Shown: piece by piece, positions 19,981 through 30,545 of the stretch | Numbering within the stretch: the first letter of the stretch is position 1 | Layout of the letters: each line of letters starts with the position of its first letter | Origin: Bacillus subtilis subsp. subtilis str. 168 | GTDB lineage: Bacteria > Bacillota > Bacilli > Bacillales > Bacillaceae | DNA: 32,000 nucleotides | Direction of reading: 5' to 3' | Assembly: GCF_000009045.1 (NCBI RefSeq) | Contig: NC_000964.3 | Coordinates: 3,540,001-3,572,000, forward strand | The notes under the pieces: generated by a model | The model's input: only the letters and a program-made list of their open reading frames with translations | Databases searched by the model: none | Told to the model about the DNA's origin: nothing | Translations under genes and position numbers: made by a program

Positions 19981-21571
19981 AACCTGTGATTTCATCATGG
20001 TGATCAAAGAAATGCTGCTTTCCTATTTTGTGAAAAAGGCCTGTTTTATGCAGTAGCTCCTTCGGCTGCGATTGCAATCCTACAATCATCAGCTTTCCAT
20101 TGTGGCGTTTAATTCGATTCATAATGTTCCCAAGCACCGCTTCAGCTGACGTATCCATATAGTGCACCTTATTCATGAGCAGAATAAGGGTTTTCGGTTT
20201 TTTCTGTACATGCTCCAGCAATGACGATTCAAGGGAATCAATTGATCCGAAAAACAGCGGCCCTTCTATGGCATACATGCTGACAGATGGATCTTCTCTC
20301 TTCGCCAGAACAGGATGCGTTTCCTGATTGTGGATGCGGGTCGCTTCGCTCATTCTTCTGATAAAGAACACGAATGCAAGCAGCAATCCGGTTGCCACAC
20401 CGATGATTAAGTCAAACAGAACCGTAAGGGCGAAGGTCGCCGCCAAAATAAAGGAATCAGCATTTTTCAGTCTCAGCATGTTTGCGACTTCCTTGCGCTC
20501 ACTCATATTCCATGCGACCACCATGAGAATCGGTGCCATACTGGCGAGCGGCACATGGGACGCATAAGGCGCAAATACAAGCAGGACAAGGAGAACGACT
20601 ACGCCGTGAACGACGCCGGAAACTGGGGAAACCGCTCCGTTTTTTATATTGGTCGCCGTTCTCGCAATCGCTCCTGTAGCCGGGATTCCGCCAAACAGGG
20701 GCGCTGCCATATTCGCAATCCCCTGGCCGACAAGCTCCTTGTTGCTGTCATGCTTTGAGCCCTTCATGTTATCAGCGACCATTGCGGACAAAATCGACTC
20801 AAGTCCTCCAAGAAGCGCGATGACAAGCGCAGCCGGAAACAGCATAACCATTTTATCCAAAGTAAGCTCAGGAAACTGAAATTCCGGCAAATGGCGGGGG
20901 ATTTCTCCATAAGTTGACCCGATCGTTGCCATGCGGTCAGGGAAAAAGACAACCGCGACCACTGTGGAAATAAGAAGCGCCAACAAAGCGCCCGGCACTT
21001 TAGGCATCACCTTGGCGGATACAAGCAAAATGACGAGCCCGATCACAGCTGTCAAAATGGCATACACGTTAAAGGTGCCGAGCTGCTGCACAATTTCAAA
21101 CATGTTGTGATGAAAGTTCTCATGTTTTTCAACATTTCTCAATCCGAGAAAATTAGCGATTTGTTCCGTAAAGATCAGCACGGCAATTCCGGCTGTAAAA
21201 CCGACGATAACGGGTTTGGGCACGAATTTCATTATTTTTCCGAGCTTAAACAGCCCAAACAGTACCAGCATCACTCCTGCCATAAACCCCGCAATCAGCA
21301 GATTTTCCAAGCCGTACTGCATGATAATGCCGAATAAAATCGGGACAAAGGCGCCCGTCGGACCGCCAATCTGATATTTTGATCCTCCAAACAAAGAAAT
21401 ACAAATCCCTGCTATAACAACAGTGTATAGCCCATATTCAGGCTCGACTCCCGAGGCAATGGCAAACGCCATTCCTAAAGGAATTGCCACGACACCTACT
21501 ACGATACCTGCAATCAAGTCTTTCTGAAATTTCTGCAAATTGTATCCCTTGAATCTCCCTGAGAATCGCAT
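19979..21571 (-). CDS. yvdB: SulP-family anion transporter with C-terminal STAS domain (530 aa)
   Basis: A long polytopic N-terminal domain is followed by a ~120-aa soluble C-terminus (VSMYAIEGPLFFGS...LMIVGLQ) typical of STAS. Confidence 0.92.
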   Translation of the reverse strand: MRFSGRFKGYNLQKFQKDLIAGIVVGVVAIPLGMAFAIASGVEPEYGLYTVVIAGICISLFGGSKYQIGGPTGAFVPILFGIIMQYGLENLLIAGFMAGVMLVLFGLFKLGKIMKFVPKPVIVGFTAGIAVLIFTEQIANFLGLRNVEKHENFHHNMFEIVQQLGTFNVYAILTAVIGLVILLVSAKVMPKVPGALLALLISTVVAVVFFPDRMATIGSTYGEIPRHLPEFQFPELTLDKMVMLFPAALVIALLGGLESILSAMVADNMKGSKHDSNKELVGQGIANMAAPLFGGIPATGAIARTATNIKNGAVSPVSGVVHGVVVLLVLLVFAPYASHVPLASMAPILMVVAWNMSERKEVANMLRLKNADSFILAATFALTVLFDLIIGVATGLLLAFVFFIRRMSEATRIHNQETHPVLAKREDPSVSMYAIEGPLFFGSIDSLESSLLEHVQKKPKTLILLMNKVHYMDTSAEAVLGNIMNRIKRHNGKLMIVGLQSQPKELLHKTGLFHKIGKQHFFDHHDEITG

Positions 21572-21589
21572 ATTTTGTTATAACCTCCC

Positions 21590-22183
21590 TTATGAGTGAT
21601 TGTTTATAAGCTCAGTTTCATAACCGTTAATGACCACATCAAGTTTTCCTGTTTCAGGGTGAATGACAAGCCCGTGAACCGGCACTTTTTTCGGAAGCAG
21701 CGGATGGTTCTTAATCATGTTCACACTGTGGGAAACGCTTTCTTCCACGCTGTGAAAACCAGTCAGCCACGTTTTCAAATCGAGTCCGGCACTCGTCAGC
21801 AAATTCAGGCAGCTATCCTCCACCCCGCGTTCCTTTGCTTTCTCAAGAATCGAGGACGCATTCAGCCCTGACATTCCGCATTCATGATGGCCGACAATGC
21901 ATACCTCTTCAGCCTGCAATTCATAAATCGCGACCAGTATGCTTCGCATCACGCTTCCAAATGGGTGAGAAACGATGGCTCCCGCGTTTTTTACAATTTT
22001 AGCATCACCGTTTTTAAGCCCCATTGCTTGCGGAAGAAGTTCTGTAAGCCTTGTATCCATACAGGTGACAATGACGAGCTTTTTCGAAGGAAACTTTGTC
22101 GTTTTGTACGGTTCATACTTCTTCTCACTGACAAACCGCTGATTGTGTTCCAAAATTGATGTTAAAGAAACCATTTGATTCAT
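21590..22183 (-). CDS. yvdA: Beta-class carbonic anhydrase (197 aa; start may be 9 nt downstream)
   Basis: Zinc-ligand contexts CMDTR and GHHECGM are present. GGGAG lies immediately before ATG 22183, so ATG 22174 is an alternative start. Confidence 0.9.
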   Translation of the reverse strand: MNQMVSLTSILEHNQRFVSEKKYEPYKTTKFPSKKLVIVTCMDTRLTELLPQAMGLKNGDAKIVKNAGAIVSHPFGSVMRSILVAIYELQAEEVCIVGHHECGMSGLNASSILEKAKERGVEDSCLNLLTSAGLDLKTWLTGFHSVEESVSHSVNMIKNHPLLPKKVPVHGLVIHPETGKLDVVINGYETELINNHS

Positions 22184-22490
22184 CTCCCATCCATATGATT
22201 TTGCAAGCCTTCTTACCCAGCTTACAGTAAGGAATTATAGCATAGGAATAAGCCAAGAAAAGGTTTTCAAAAAAAGACACTATAATTGGACTGTAGAATC
22301 AAAACATAAACATTTATATCTTTCAAAGATAATAAAATTTATATTTAATGCATCCTATAATCCGGCTGCAGTTCGTATATCGATGATTTGTCTGACAAAA
22401 AATATGGGTGAATTCTGATAATTAAAAAACTTTTTTAAGCAGATTTAGCTGTTCGATCTTCATTTTAAGTTCAAAAGAACCAGAAATTAA

Positions 22491-23543
<1,053 letters not shown>

Positions 23544-23546
23544 ATC

Positions 23547-23577
23547 AAAAATCCGGTCTGATAACAGACCGGATTTC
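23547..23577. terminator. Bidirectional terminator between convergent yvcT and psdB
   Basis: A 13-bp stem aaaatccggtctg / cagaccggatttc (12 of 13 positions pair) with loop ataa. Confidence 0.85.
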
Positions 23578-23580
23578 ATA

Positions 23581-25521
23581 TTACATACGCTGAAGAACAG
23601 CACGCTTATAAATATGACGGGTGACGATATAATAAAGAGCCTGGAATACAAAATAAATGAAGATGACAATTACGGCCTCAAGAAATAAATTGGAATTCAG
23701 CATATTACTTAACGCTGCATACGCAAAGCCCGCGTGAATCGTACCTGCGATAAATGGGATGAAGAATAAAAATCCTATTTGCTTTCCAAGGATCGAGTGA
23801 ATCTCTTTGTCCGTAACCCCTATCCTCTTTAACGCTAACACCTGCACTCCCGTATCTTCTATTTCCGTAAACATCCGCAAATACAGCATGCTTCCTTGCA
23901 CGATAAAAAACAGCACGCTGACAAACAGACCAATAAACAGCATTAATGCAACTCCCTGCTTCACAATTTGATAACTAGGAGCACGTGTTTGAAAATCAGA
24001 TGTATGTTCTTTCGGCACCATGTTTTCAAGCTTTTCAGAGACATCCACCGTCTCCTGCCAATGCTCAAGCTCATAACCTACCATTCTCATCTGTTCCTTC
24101 AGCGGCACATCCTGTGACAGACTGTCAAAGCTCTTTTCGCTGACAACCAATAAACGGCTGACTCCATCGACAGACATCAATATCCCTTTGTTTTGCTGCT
24201 TTTTCATGACATAGGAAAGGGTTTTTCCTGACTTCATATGAAATGCTGCTGTTTCCCCTTCTCCAAATGTGTCTTTCACCATCATTTGAAAAGAAACATT
24301 AATAAATGCTTCATTTTCTTGTAAATGAATAACTGGGAACCCTTTTTCCTTTGCGACTTGATTATAGACTTTTTCTGAAATCAGCAAAGCTTCAGCTTCC
24401 ATCTTCTTATTTCCATACGGCAAGTCTGACTGAAAAGTGACAGGAATCCCTGTGGCATCCACCTTATACGTGATAACAGCATGAGCTTTTTTCAATGTAT
24501 TCTCAGCCGTCTCAGGCTTCATGACCTGAAAGCGGGAAGCATCCTTTTCCACCCAGGAAACAGACTGAGGAATGCTTTGCTCCTCCTGCCTTTGTAAATC
24601 GGAATAAAACATATAGATGACACCTGTAGCTGTTAGTATGACCGCTGTAATGACAGAGGTTAAAAACAGCATGCGTGCATGATCCTTCAGCCTGAATATC
24701 ATGTTGGAACGCACAATGATATTTGTGCCTTTGTAGAAGCTGTGTTTCTTTCGGTACAGCATGCGGAAAAATGCCACACTGCTTTGGGTAAAAAAGAAAT
24801 ACGTGCCAATTAACACTAAAATCAAAATTGGAAAAACCCGAAACATCATGTCAATTGCATTGGCTGTTGCAGATAGATAATAACCGCTGCCAAGACATAG
24901 CAAAGACAATACAGTGAGCCATTTCGAATAAACTGGCAAACTTTTCGGCTTTTTGGCTGATTTAATCAGTTCAATGATTTCCAGCTTCCGAATCCGTCCC
25001 AGTGATAAAATGAGCAGCGTCTGAAACAGGATGAGAAAGCCGGCAATTGTCATCACAAACGCTTTCGGCACAATGGCAAACGAAATCGGCACCTTCACGC
25101 TGAGCATCCATGTCATGATCATAAAAAACAGTTTTGAAAATAACAGGCCTGCTCCAATGCCGGCCGCAATCGCCGCAAGAGAAATAAGTGACTGCTCATA
25201 ATAAATCATCTTGCGAAGCTGCTGCTTTGATGTGCCAAACAGTGTCAGCAGCCCAAACTCTTTCTTTCTTGCCTGCAAAAACGCTGAATTGGAATATGTG
25301 ATGAAAAATATACAAAACACAATGATGACGACAAGAGCTGCGCTCAAGCATGTTTTGACAAGGCTTCCTCCATATATATTGTCTTCATTGACATCAGGAT
25401 GAAAAATAAATGATGTGAAGACAAAAAACACCGAAACGGCAAACACACAGCTTAAAAAGTAGGCCACATACCGTTGCAGATTCCCAAGAATGTTTTTACG
25501 GGCGATAGTTCTCAAATTCAT
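23581..25521 (-). CDS. psdB: BceB-type ABC transporter permease (FtsX domains, large extracellular loop; 646 aa)
   Basis: ATG 25521 lies 8 nt after GGGAGG. The product has about 10 helices with a ~200-aa hydrophilic segment between helices 4 and 5. Confidence 0.93.
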   Translation of the reverse strand: MNLRTIARKNILGNLQRYVAYFLSCVFAVSVFFVFTSFIFHPDVNEDNIYGGSLVKTCLSAALVVIIVFCIFFITYSNSAFLQARKKEFGLLTLFGTSKQQLRKMIYYEQSLISLAAIAAGIGAGLLFSKLFFMIMTWMLSVKVPISFAIVPKAFVMTIAGFLILFQTLLILSLGRIRKLEIIELIKSAKKPKSLPVYSKWLTVLSLLCLGSGYYLSATANAIDMMFRVFPILILVLIGTYFFFTQSSVAFFRMLYRKKHSFYKGTNIIVRSNMIFRLKDHARMLFLTSVITAVILTATGVIYMFYSDLQRQEEQSIPQSVSWVEKDASRFQVMKPETAENTLKKAHAVITYKVDATGIPVTFQSDLPYGNKKMEAEALLISEKVYNQVAKEKGFPVIHLQENEAFINVSFQMMVKDTFGEGETAAFHMKSGKTLSYVMKKQQNKGILMSVDGVSRLLVVSEKSFDSLSQDVPLKEQMRMVGYELEHWQETVDVSEKLENMVPKEHTSDFQTRAPSYQIVKQGVALMLFIGLFVSVLFFIVQGSMLYLRMFTEIEDTGVQVLALKRIGVTDKEIHSILGKQIGFLFFIPFIAGTIHAGFAYAALSNMLNSNLFLEAVIVIFIYFVFQALYYIVTRHIYKRAVLQRM

Positions 25522-26275
25522 GAAAATCGCCTCCCAACACACTCAAGGTATCCAATATACTTTGATAAAACACCTGCCTGTTTGTTCCTCTGTGAATCTC
25601 TGAAAAGAAACGTCCGTCTTTAATAAAAACAATCCGTTTACAGAAACTTGCTGCTGTGGCATCATGCGTAACCAACAAAATCGTCGCTTCCTTTTCCTCA
25701 TTCAGCTGAGCCAGTGTGTTCATCACTTGCTTTGCCGATTTTGAGTCGAGGTTTCCTGTCGGTTCATCGGCAAGAATGAGCGCCGGATTGTGAATAATCG
25801 CTCTGGCACAAGCTGCCCGCTGCTGCTGTCCGCCCGACACCTCATATGTGCGGTGATCGAGAATATGCTTTATTTGCAGCGTATCCGCCAGTTCATCCAA
25901 TCGAGCTTCCATTTCTCTCAGCTTTACCTTATCCAATGCGAGCGGCAAGAGAATATTTTCACGAATCGTCAGCGTATCAAGCAGATTAAAATCCTGAAAG
26001 ACGAAGCCGAGTTCTCTTCTGCGAAACAAAGCCAGCTCTTGGTCCTTTAACGTTTTCGGCTGAATGCCGTTGATCATCATCTCGCCCTGGGTCGGCTTAT
26101 CAATGGTAGCCAGCAAATTCAAAAGCGTGGTTTTTCCGCTTCCCGACGGCCCCATAATCCCGACAAATTCTCCTTTTGACACACTGAGATCAAAGGCGCT
26201 GAGCGCTTGGTATGATATTGTTCCTTTATTTGAATAGTATGTTTTCGATAGGTTCGTTGTTTGCAACACGTTCAT
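25496..26275 (-). CDS. psdA: BceA-type ABC transporter ATP-binding protein (259 aa)
   Basis: Walker A GPSGSGKTT, signature VSGGQQQR, Walker B LILADEPT. RBS GGAGGAG. The 3' end overlaps the psdB start by 26 nt. Confidence 0.96.
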   Translation of the reverse strand: MNVLQTTNLSKTYYSNKGTISYQALSAFDLSVSKGEFVGIMGPSGSGKTTLLNLLATIDKPTQGEMMINGIQPKTLKDQELALFRRRELGFVFQDFNLLDTLTIRENILLPLALDKVKLREMEARLDELADTLQIKHILDHRTYEVSGGQQQRAACARAIIHNPALILADEPTGNLDSKSAKQVMNTLAQLNEEKEATILLVTHDATAASFCKRIVFIKDGRFFSEIHRGTNRQVFYQSILDTLSVLGGDFHEFENYRP

Positions 26276-26297
26276 GTTCTGCTCCTCCTTTTTCTTT

Positions 26298-26303
26298 ATT
26301 ATA
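26298..26303 (-). promoter_or_regulatory. -10 hexamer of the candidate psdAB promoter
   Basis: TATAAT on the minus strand lies 22 nt upstream of the psdA start. The -35 position reads TGGGAG (poor), consistent with an activator-dependent promoter. Confidence 0.5.
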
Positions 26304-26356
26304 AAAAGGAAGTCAGCATCCTCCCATCGAACTTTCTTGCAATTCCGCTCCCCAAT

Positions 26357-26374
26357 CTTACAATGCTGTCACAT
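26357..26374 (-). promoter_or_regulatory. Inverted repeat resembling a BceR-type response-regulator box
   Basis: The minus strand reads ATGTGACAGCATTGTAAG, that is TGACA-N4-TGTAA. It overlaps the psdS stop codon and lies about 55 nt upstream of the -10. The consensus form is from memory. Confidence 0.5.
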
Positions 26375-27428
26375 TCACGAGGGTGTCACTTGAAAACACG
26401 ATGGTCATCACAGTGCCAGCCCCTTCTTTTGATTCCGCATACAGCTTATGGCCGAGACGGCTGCACACCTGTTTTGCTAAATAAAGGCCCATTCCAGTTG
26501 CCTCTTTCATGGTTCGTCCGTTTTCTCCGGTAAAAAACGCGTCAAAAATCCGCGGCAGATCCTGCGGCGGTATGCCGATTCCTTCGTCGGCAACCGACAA
26601 GCGCGTCTCATGTCCCTGTGTTTCAATCCGGATTGTAATAGGGTCTCCCACACCTTGCTTTGAATATTTTAAGGCGTTGAAAAGGATTTGCTCAACAACA
26701 AAGGAAAGCCACTTTTGATCACTGGAAATCTGAACGGCATTTGGCGGCACATGTAATGTTGGAAAAAGGCGCCGCTTGATAAACTGACGTTTTTCCTGAT
26801 TGATCAGTGAACGAACCATTTCTGCCAAATCAAAGGTTTGCGGCTTTACATCAAATGCAAATTCCTCCAGCCGGGCCGTTTGCAGCATCATATCAAGACC
26901 GTGGCGAAATCTCTCATTCTCATCCTCCAGCTCCTCTAAAAACGTCGGAAAAGAGGATGAGGTTCCGTTTTTTCCTTCCTGAATCATTAAGGATATGACA
27001 GATACCGGTGTTTTCATATGGTGGACCCATTGGTTGGTGAAGGTGTAATGCTGTTTTTGCTGATTGATATATTGTGAGAGCCTGCTTTCGTATTGCTGCC
27101 CGAGTGCGTTGATCATCTTCGTCCAAAGCGCTTGCTCTCCTGTTCTTGGCTTTCTGGCTTTCAAAGACTGTCCGATGTCATTCGAAGAAGAGGCTTGTTC
27201 TGCAAGCTTTTTAACATATGTGAGAAAGGAAAATTGCCGAACATAATCAGCAGCAAAACCTGCGGCTAAAAGAGTACCGGGCAAAATCCATATGTACATC
27301 ATATTTTCTTTGGAAGGTTCTGCGCCGCTCTCTACAATGCTTAAATACGCAATCAGCATGGCGGACCCTATCCCTAATAATGAAAATAGAATAATGGCTA
27401 AGCGGTCGATGAGATAAGTCTTTAACAT
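26358..27428 (-). CDS. psdS: Intramembrane-sensing histidine kinase (356 aa)
   Basis: Two N-terminal helices are separated by only about 12 residues. H-box HHMKTPVS; ATPase boxes NALKYS, DEGIGI and GMGLYL. The start overlaps the psdR stop (ATGTTAA). Confidence 0.94.
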
Positions 27429-28135
27429 TCCGCTTCATCCTTCCGATTGACTTGAAATTGATAACCTTGTCCTCTGATTGTGGAAATGCAATCTGTCAGT
27501 CCTGCATTCTCCAGTTTTCTCCGCAGCCGATTGACATTGACCGTTAACGTATTGTCATCGACAAAATCAACGTCATCCCATAACGCCTCCAATAGTTCAT
27601 CACGAGAGACAATTTTTTTATGCTCCCTCACAAAAATCGAGAGAAGCTGGAATTCTTTTTGGGAAAACAAAATCCGGACGCTGTTCCATTCGGCCTCATT
27701 CTGATCAGGATAAATCGTCAGCCCGCCAAGCTCCACTATTCTAGATTCCTGCGGCAAAGAGGGCGAATATTCACCATATGTGCGGCGCAGGACGCTTTTG
27801 ATTTTGGCCATCACTACCTCTAGATGGAACGGCTTTGTGATATAATCATCGCCGCCATTTTCAATCGCCATTACCTGATTCAGCTCATCGGTCCGTGCCG
27901 ATATAAAGATAATCGGCGCATTGGAAATGGTACGGATTTGCCTGCACCAATAAAACCCGTCAAAAAAAGGCAGGTTGATATCAAGCAGCACAAGATCAGG
28001 CTTCATTTCTGCAAATTCCAATTTTATATCATTCAGCTGTTCAGCAATTTTCACTTCATATCCGTATTTTTGAAGATGACCGCCCAGCAAAGAAGCAATC
28101 CGCTCATCATCTTCCACAAGCAAAATCCGATACAC
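27422..28135 (-). CDS. psdR: OmpR-family response regulator (237 aa)
   Basis: GTG 28135 follows GGGGGA. Receiver domain LLVEDD...[10 protein letters not shown]; C-terminal winged helix. Confidence 0.94.
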
Positions 28136-28189
28136 GTTGATCCCCCTTATATGTACATCACGATGATTTTTCTAGAAGATTCCAAAATT

Positions 28190-28198
28190 ATTATAGCA
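28190..28198 (-). promoter_or_regulatory. Extended -10 element, candidate psdRS promoter
   Basis: The minus strand reads TGCTATAAT, about 55 nt upstream of the psdR start. Confidence 0.4.
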
Positions 28199-28235
28199 TG
28201 TGCGGAATAGTAAATCGGTCTTTTTCTTTTTGTTA

Positions 28236-28244
28236 TGATAGAAT
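28236..28244 (+). promoter_or_regulatory. Extended -10 element, candidate promoter of the small lipoprotein ORF
   Basis: TGATAGAAT lies about 38 nt upstream of ATG 28282. Confidence 0.4.
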
Positions 28245-28281
28245 GATAAAGGTAAAATTTTCATAATAGGCAGGTGTCGTG

Positions 28282-28491
28282 ATGAAGAAAATCATGCTGT
28301 TTCTGGCAATGACGTCAATTCTTTCAGCATGTCAGCCCAACTATACCGGGAAATACATAGAAATTGGGGATACACTAACTGACTATACCAAAGAGTGCTT
28401 TAAAGAGAATGAAATTCCTTATAAATACGAAAAGGGAAAACTGTATATCCCAGAAGACGCATTTGATACAGCAATCTACACTTGTTCATAA
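28282..28491 (+). CDS. Small putative lipoprotein (69 aa precursor, about 53 aa mature)
   Basis: The signal peptide MKKIMLFLAMTSILSAC has lipobox LSAC. The RBS is weak (AGGCAGGTG), with a GTG 28279 alternative start. A strong terminator follows. Confidence 0.65.
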   Translation: MKKIMLFLAMTSILSACQPNYTGKYIEIGDTLTDYTKECFKENEIPYKYEKGKLYIPEDAFDTAIYTCS

Positions 28492-28493
28492 GA

Positions 28494-28522
28494 AAAAGCT
28501 TGCAGATAACCTGCAAGCTTTT
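28494..28522. terminator. Bidirectional terminator between the lipoprotein ORF and convergent yvcN
   Basis: Perfect 12-bp stem aaaagcttgcag / ctgcaagctttt with loop ataac. Confidence 0.85.
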
Positions 28523-28526
28523 CACG

Positions 28527-29282
28527 TTACAAAAAATGAGTATTTAATTTCTCTTCAAATCCTGAAGGGCCGATGTCGCTTTTTTGAATGTTACCGCCGT
28601 TTTCATAAATCGTAAAATGGCGCTCTGACATGACCATCCTTCCGCTCGGCGTCAGCTTTGAGGCAAGCAGGGATTTGTTAAAAGGAGATTTTTCATGAGA
28701 GTGAATGATGTCCTTCATGTTATCTAAATCACCGAGATCACTCTCTTCAAGGGTAAAGGCGTACCCAATTTGCCAGCCTTCTCCTTTGTCCATCAGCAGA
28801 ACATAGCTGCCCTTTTCTGTCTCTTCCTTTTTGATTCGGAATGACCCGACTGGTGACTGTACCGTTTCTCCGGAAAGCGGTATCGGCTGGAGCGCCAGGT
28901 TGATGCCGAAGCCGATATCAACGAGGTAATCGCCGTTTTCCGCAGACAGCCATACAGCAGCATGCGTCCCTTCTAGTGCCCATCCCTCTTGATCGCCTGC
29001 ATAAACCGTTCCTCGAATGAGCTTCACATGAAACCCGGCCTCACGCAAGACAAAATAAAGGAAACCATTTAGATCGTAGCATAGGCCGCCGTGCTGATCT
29101 TTGAGCAGACGTCGCCATAGCTCTTCTTTTGTGATCTTATAATTCTCTTTTGCAAGTACGGCACGGTTTTCGAATGGAAAACGGTATGCCATTGCTTTAA
29201 GAAAAAGGGGAAGATCGCCGAAGCTGACATGGTCTTTCTCCCAGCCGATTTTCTGAAAGCAGTCTTTTAGAAAGTCACTCAT
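28527..29282 (-). CDS. yvcN: Arylamine N-acetyltransferase (NAT) family protein (about 251 aa by coordinates)
   Basis: ATG 29282 lies 5 nt after AGGTGA. The catalytic Cys context HGGLCYDLN is typical of NAT enzymes. Confidence 0.9.
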   Translation of the reverse strand: MSDFLKDCFQKIGWEKDHVSFGDLPLFLKAMAYRFPFENRAVLAKENYKITKEELWRRLLKDQHGGLCYDLNGFLYFVLREAGFHVKLIRGTVYAGDQEGWALEGTHAAVWLSAENGDYLVDIGFGINLALQPIPLSGETVQSPVGSFRIKKEETEKGSYVLLMDKGEGWQIGYAFTLEESDLGDLDNMKDIIHSHEKSPFNKSLLASKLTPSGRMVMSERHFTIYENGGNIQKSDIGPSGFEEKLNTHFL

Positions 29283-29291
29283 TTTTATCAC

Positions 29292-29549
29292 CTAAACTTC
29301 TTCTTGAACGTAAGCAGCCAGCTTCTCCAGCGCCTCTTGTTCATCTTCTCCCTGGGCAATCAAGGTAACCTCAGTGCCTGTGCTTACCGCAAGGCTCATC
29401 AGCCCCATGATGCTTTTGGCGTTTACTTTTTTCCCATCCTTCTCAAGAAACACATCTGACGTAAACCGGTTTGCTTCTTGTACAAACAAAGCAGCAGGAC
29501 GTGCTTGCAGTCCTGTCTTTAATCGAACTTCCACTTTCTGTTGAACCAT
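29292..29549 (-). CDS. crh: HPr-like catabolite repression protein Crh (85 aa)
   Basis: HPr fold with the regulatory Ser46 context NAKSIMGLMSL, but Gln in place of the PTS His15 (TGLQARPA). Confidence 0.96.
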   Translation of the reverse strand: MVQQKVEVRLKTGLQARPAALFVQEANRFTSDVFLEKDGKKVNAKSIMGLMSLAVSTGTEVTLIAQGEDEQEALEKLAAYVQEEV

Positions 29550-29572
29550 AAGATCTCCCCTTTTCTTTACGG

Positions 29573-30523
29573 TTATTTTAAAGTGACGGTTTGCCCTGTC
29601 CGCAGCTGTTCTGCGATTTCGTCAAGTTTTCTCAGCCTGTGATTGATCCCTGATTTGCTGATTTTCCCGCTTGCTACCATTTCCCCTAGCTCTTTCAGCG
29701 TCACTTCCTGATAATCAATCCGCAGCTGCGCAATTTCCCGAAGTTTTTCAGGCAGCGCCTCCAGGCCGATTCTTTCATCGATGTATTTAATATTTTCCAC
29801 CTGTCTCAGCGATGCGCCGATCGTTTTGTTTAAGTTGGCTGTTTCACAATTGACGAGGCGGTTGACCGAATTTCTCATGTCCCGAACGATTCTGACATCC
29901 TCAAATCGCAGAAGCGAATTGTGAGCGCCAATTACGTTCAGAAACTCTGTAATCTTTTCAGCCTCTTTTAAATAGGTAATATAGCCTTTTTTCCGTTCAA
30001 GCGTTTTGCTGTTTAACTGAAACTCATTTAACAGGTCACATAATGAATCGTTATGCTCCTTATAAAGAGAGAAGATTTCTAAATGATACGAGGAGGTTTC
30101 CGGGTTATTGACCGAACCTCCTGCCAAAAATGCTCCTCTCATATAAGAACGCTTGCAGCATCTCTTTTTGACCAGCTCTTTCGAAATACTTCGTTCAAAC
30201 ACAAAATTCTCCCCGAGTATTTTTAAATCCTCTAAGATCGCTTTTGCATTTTCTGAAAAACGCACAATATAGACGTTATTCTTTTTCAGCCGCATTTTCT
30301 TTCTGACCAGCAGCTCGACCGACACATCATATTGTTTTTTCAGCAATGTATAGATGCGGCGGGCAATCGCCGCGTTTTCGGTTTGAACATCGAGTACGAG
30401 ATGGCGGTTTGTAAATGATAAAGCTCCATTCATCCGAATGAGTGCAGACAGCTCGGCATTAATGCAGCAGTCCTTCACTTCCAGATTCGTTAATTCTTTT
30501 TTTGTTTCTGATGCAAATGACAT
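29573..30523 (-). CDS. whiA: WhiA-family DNA-binding protein (316 aa)
   Basis: ATG follows GAGGTGG. It has a degenerate LAGLIDADG-like body and a C-terminal HTH ([14 protein letters not shown]). Confidence 0.94.
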   Translation of the reverse strand: MSFASETKKELTNLEVKDCCINAELSALIRMNGALSFTNRHLVLDVQTENAAIARRIYTLLKKQYDVSVELLVRKKMRLKKNNVYIVRFSENAKAILEDLKILGENFVFERSISKELVKKRCCKRSYMRGAFLAGGSVNNPETSSYHLEIFSLYKEHNDSLCDLLNEFQLNSKTLERKKGYITYLKEAEKITEFLNVIGAHNSLLRFEDVRIVRDMRNSVNRLVNCETANLNKTIGASLRQVENIKYIDERIGLEALPEKLREIAQLRIDYQEVTLKELGEMVASGKISKSGINHRLRKLDEIAEQLRTGQTVTLK

Positions 30524-30545
30524 ATAGCCACCTCATTTCAAGGCT

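Noticed and set aside
22422-22438. The perfect palindrome TTAAAAAACTTTTTTAA as a protein-binding site or terminator.
   Set aside because: It is pure A/T low-complexity sequence with negligible hairpin stability and no flanking gene end. It is kept only as a descriptive detail of the AT-rich gap finding.
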